Position numbers and translations under genes: made by a program
The notes under the pieces: model-generated
Told to the model about the DNA's origin: nothing
The model's input: only the letters and a program-made list of their open reading frames with translations
Database searches by the model: none
Assembly (NCBI GenBank): GCA_902565645.1
Contig: CACFFJ010000001.1
Location: 30,352 to 94,351, forward strand
Origin: an uncultured Candidatus Actinomarina sp.
Lineage (GTDB): Bacteria > Actinomycetota > Acidimicrobiia > Actinomarinales > Actinomarinaceae
Length of the DNA stretch: 64,000 bases
Reading direction: 5' to 3'
Shown here: positions 61,650 through 64,000 of the stretch, in pieces
How the letters are laid out: each line of letters begins with the position of its first letter
Position numbering within the stretch: position 1 is the stretch's first letter

Positions 61650-62474
61650 TTACCTTAGATTTAAAGATCTATTTCTAAATCCAACAAAACCAATGATTAA
61701 AAAGATAGAAATTTTTGCTAATACAAGACCTATATCTCCACCAATTAATCCATCTTGATAGGGAGCCCCGTAAGCTCCAAAGGATGAGATATTATCGTCA
61801 ATCCAGAGAAAGAAGTCGTTAGTACCACTCAATGAAGTTGAAATCCATTCAAGGGCCATAAGTCCAGCACCAAAAGCCCACGCAGAAGATGATTTTCCAG
61901 TATAAGCACCTAAAGCAAAACCTAATACACCATAACTAACTCCTGCTAGACCTGCCATTAATGTTGCTTTCATCAGCGGTGCGTAATCTAATGTTTGGCT
62001 TAACTCCATTGTTGCTACTGGTATATACATAACATTTGTCCATGTAAAAGTAATAACCAACCCGAATAAAACAGCTACAACTGATTGTGTTAAGTAAATA
62101 GTTGATCTTGTCATTGGAAGAGAGGCTACGAATTCAAATGTACCATCTTCTTCAGCCTTTGAACCCATCTTATTTAATAAAACAATAGTGGCTACGGCAA
62201 CCAAGATAATCCCAAAAAGACTTAAAAAGTAAGCTGAAACCATGCCCTCAAGCGTAAAAACATTGTCCCAATCTGATATTCCCAATAAATTCATCATGGT
62301 CTCATTTTCAGACATACCCCTAAATGCTTCCCTCTGGGTATCAATCACTAAATCCTCAACACTGTCATTTGCAAAAGCTAAAGGTAGTATAAGAAAATAT
62401 ATGGCTGGAGCTATAGCCCATGTAATTATAAATTTTTTCGGAACACTCAACATATATTTTAAATAATTAAACAT
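61650..62474 (-). CDS. ABC-2-type exporter permease
   Basis: 274 aa with about 6 TM and a large first extracytoplasmic loop. Directly downstream of an ABC ATPase. Confidence 0.7.
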   Translation of the reverse strand: MFNYLKYMLSVPKKFIITWAIAPAIYFLILPLAFANDSVEDLVIDTQREAFRGMSENETMMNLLGISDWDNVFTLEGMVSAYFLSLFGIILVAVATIVLLNKMGSKAEEDGTFEFVASLPMTRSTIYLTQSVVAVLFGLVITFTWTNVMYIPVATMELSQTLDYAPLMKATLMAGLAGVSYGVLGFALGAYTGKSSSAWAFGAGLMALEWISTSLSGTNDFFLWIDDNISSFGAYGAPYQDGLIGGDIGLVLAKISIFLIIGFVGFRNRSLNLR

Positions 62475-62476
62475 TA

Positions 62477-63187
62477 CTACTTCTCTCTATCGTAAAATTC
62501 AAAAAAGGCATCTTCTAATTCCTTACCTTCATCTTTTGCTTTCTTTTTGAATGTCTTATATGATTCGTCATAAATTTTTGAACCTACCTTAAGAACAGCC
62601 ATTGTGTCAGCTACTTTCTCTACCTCAGAAATTATATGTGAAGATAGTAAAACAGATGCTCCGTTATTAGAAAATTCTTCAATAGTCTCAAAAAATGTTC
62701 TCTGGTGAAAAGGATCTAAGCCTGAAGTCGGCTCGTCAAGAACTAAAGCTTTTGGTTTATGTAACAATGCCAATATAACAGCAGTTTTTTGTCTGTTTCC
62801 TTTTGAAAGTTCTTTAACTGTTTGTTTCACATCTAACTCAAACTTTTCTGCTAACTCCATTGCATAATCTATGGACTGACCTCTCATATCTGCACCAAGT
62901 TTAAATAATGACTTAGAATTTAAATTTTGTGGAAGTTGTGGATCTCCTGGGAGATATCCGATTATTTCTTTAGCTTCAACAGGGTTGGCTATAGTATCTA
63001 TTCCGGCTACCTTAAGAGAACCCTCGGATGAATTCAAAAAACCCATAAAACTTCTCATTGTTGTTGATTTCCCTGAACCATTTGGTCCTAGTAACGCTTT
63101 AACTTCCCCATCGTCAACAGAGATATTGATATCATCTACACCTTTACCATTTTTGTATTTCATGGTTAGATTTTTAATTTCAATCAT
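62477..63187 (-). CDS. ABC transporter ATP-binding protein (exporter type)
   Basis: 236 aa with Walker A GPNGSGKST, signature LSKGNRQK and Walker B LVLDEPTSGLD. Confidence 0.88.
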   Translation of the reverse strand: MIEIKNLTMKYKNGKGVDDINISVDDGEVKALLGPNGSGKSTTMRSFMGFLNSSEGSLKVAGIDTIANPVEAKEIIGYLPGDPQLPQNLNSKSLFKLGADMRGQSIDYAMELAEKFELDVKQTVKELSKGNRQKTAVILALLHKPKALVLDEPTSGLDPFHQRTFFETIEEFSNNGASVLLSSHIISEVEKVADTMAVLKVGSKIYDESYKTFKKKAKDEGKELEDAFFEFYDREK

Positions 63188-63223
63188 AAAATAATTATAT
63201 AAGGAAAGTTAAGTAGTAGTAAA

Positions 63224-63358
63224 TTATTCTTCCAGATTCTCTTCTCTTTGTTTTTTTCTTAACCACGTAAGTAGTAATGCTGGGACAAGAAACCAAAGGA
63301 TTTCATCCCAACCACCTTGATGTAAAAAAGCAGCAGGAGGGGTGATTTTTGATATCAT
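63224..63358 (-). CDS. candidate 44-aa membrane peptide translationally coupled to the nuoN-like gene
   Basis: Hand translation gives MISKITPPAAFLHQGGWDEILWFLVPALLLTWLRKKQREENLEE. Its ATG shares one nucleotide with the upstream TAA (TAATG). It has one TM followed by a basic stretch. It is below the track cutoff and no homology is known to me. Confidence 0.3.
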   Translation of the reverse strand: MISKITPPAAFLHQGGWDEILWFLVPALLLTWLRKKQREENLEE

Positions 63359-64000
63359 TATAAATAATTTTGTATAACCCAGCGAGATATATTAATTAAA
63401 GAATTAGGTAACAAACCAAAATAAATAGTTGCAAAGGCCAAAACACTTAATGAAAGAACATGAGACCTTGAAAGAGTGATTTTTTCAACAGGTGACTCAG
63501 ATTTTTCTATCGCAGCTATCCAAATTGGTCGTAAATAGAAATAAAACCCAGCAACAGTAGACAACATTAGTATGACGACTAATAGATAACTTTCATATGA
63601 CCAAAGATTAGTTATCAATATAAATTTTGAAATGAAACCACTAGTAAGTGGTATTCCGGCTAAACCAAGCATAAAAATGCTAAAACATATTGTTAGAAAT
63701 TTGTTTTCAACAAAAAGGCCCGATATATTTTCTATAGAAAAATTTGAAGATAGTCTTCCACTTATAACTGTAAAAATAATAAATATACCAATTAATTGAA
63801 TTACATATGCAGTCATATAAAATATGGAAGCACTTGTACCGTTTACACCAGATACAATTCCAGAAAGAATGAAGCCAGACTGTATAACGCCACTATATGC
63901 AATAAGCCTCTTTAAATCTGATTGAACTGTTGCAAAAAATGAGCCGATAAAAATTGAAGCTATTACTACTACCACAAAAAATAGATCGAAATTATCTATT
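63358..64000 (-). CDS. second NuoN/antiporter-like (proton-conducting membrane transporter) subunit, 3' part; 5' end lies outside the window
   Basis: The frame stays open to the window edge (..IDNFDLFF precedes the track's GTG at 63975). ..SDLKRLIAYSGVIQSGFILSGI.. parallels the nuoN motif at 40095-41579. Confidence 0.75.
   Translation of the reverse strand, partial: IDNFDLFFVVVVIASIFIGSFFATVQSDLKRLIAYSGVIQSGFILSGIVSGVNGTSASIFYMTAYVIQLIGIFIIFTVISGRLSSNFSIENISGLFVENKFLTICFSIFMLGLAGIPLTSGFISKFILITNLWSYESYLLVVILMLSTVAGFYFYLRPIWIAAIEKSESPVEKITLSRSHVLSLSVLAFATIYFGLLPNSLINISRWVIQNYL

Overview
The window is a strongly AT-rich (roughly one-third G+C by eye), very compact bacterial chromosome segment made almost entirely of core genes. 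Many neighbouring genes share ATGA or TAATG stop/start overlaps.

Positions 1-35073 form one uninterrupted minus-strand array: tRNA-Tyr/Thr/Met, rpmG, an ECF sigma/anti-sigma pair, tRNA-Trp, secE, nusG, rplKA, rplJL, rpoBC, rpsLG, fusA, tuf, the S10/spc/alpha ribosomal operons, truA, rplM, rpsI, glmM and a glmS ribozyme. This gene order, the long S3 tail and a coiled-coil insertion in RpoC are actinobacterial hallmarks. I therefore read the source as a streamlined low-GC actinobacterium, possibly like marine Actinomarinales; this is inference, not proof.

The rest of the window holds, in order:
- two unknown envelope proteins;
- a pfkB / rhodanese / htpX / midA-like block fused to an 11-gene nuo operon (nuoABCDHIJKLMN, with no nuoEFG);
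- an alkaline-phosphatase-superfamily protein and a DUF4349-like lipoprotein;
- a heliorhodopsin;
- an Fe(III) ABC importer, a ferrochelatase and a DtxR-family regulator;
- ybaN, tdk and an ABC-2 exporter block;
- the 3' part of a second nuoN-like gene.

I saw no CRISPR array, transposase, integrase, prophage or recognisable defence genes.

The most noteworthy observations are:
- the complex I operon lacking the N-module, with an NDUFAF7/MidA-like methyltransferase directly downstream;
- the heliorhodopsin locus;
- an iron module with a shared palindromic operator candidate and a DtxR homolog whose metal ligands look substituted;
- loss of zinc ligands in L36, S14 and Tdk.

All homology calls were made by eye and from memory, without database searches.
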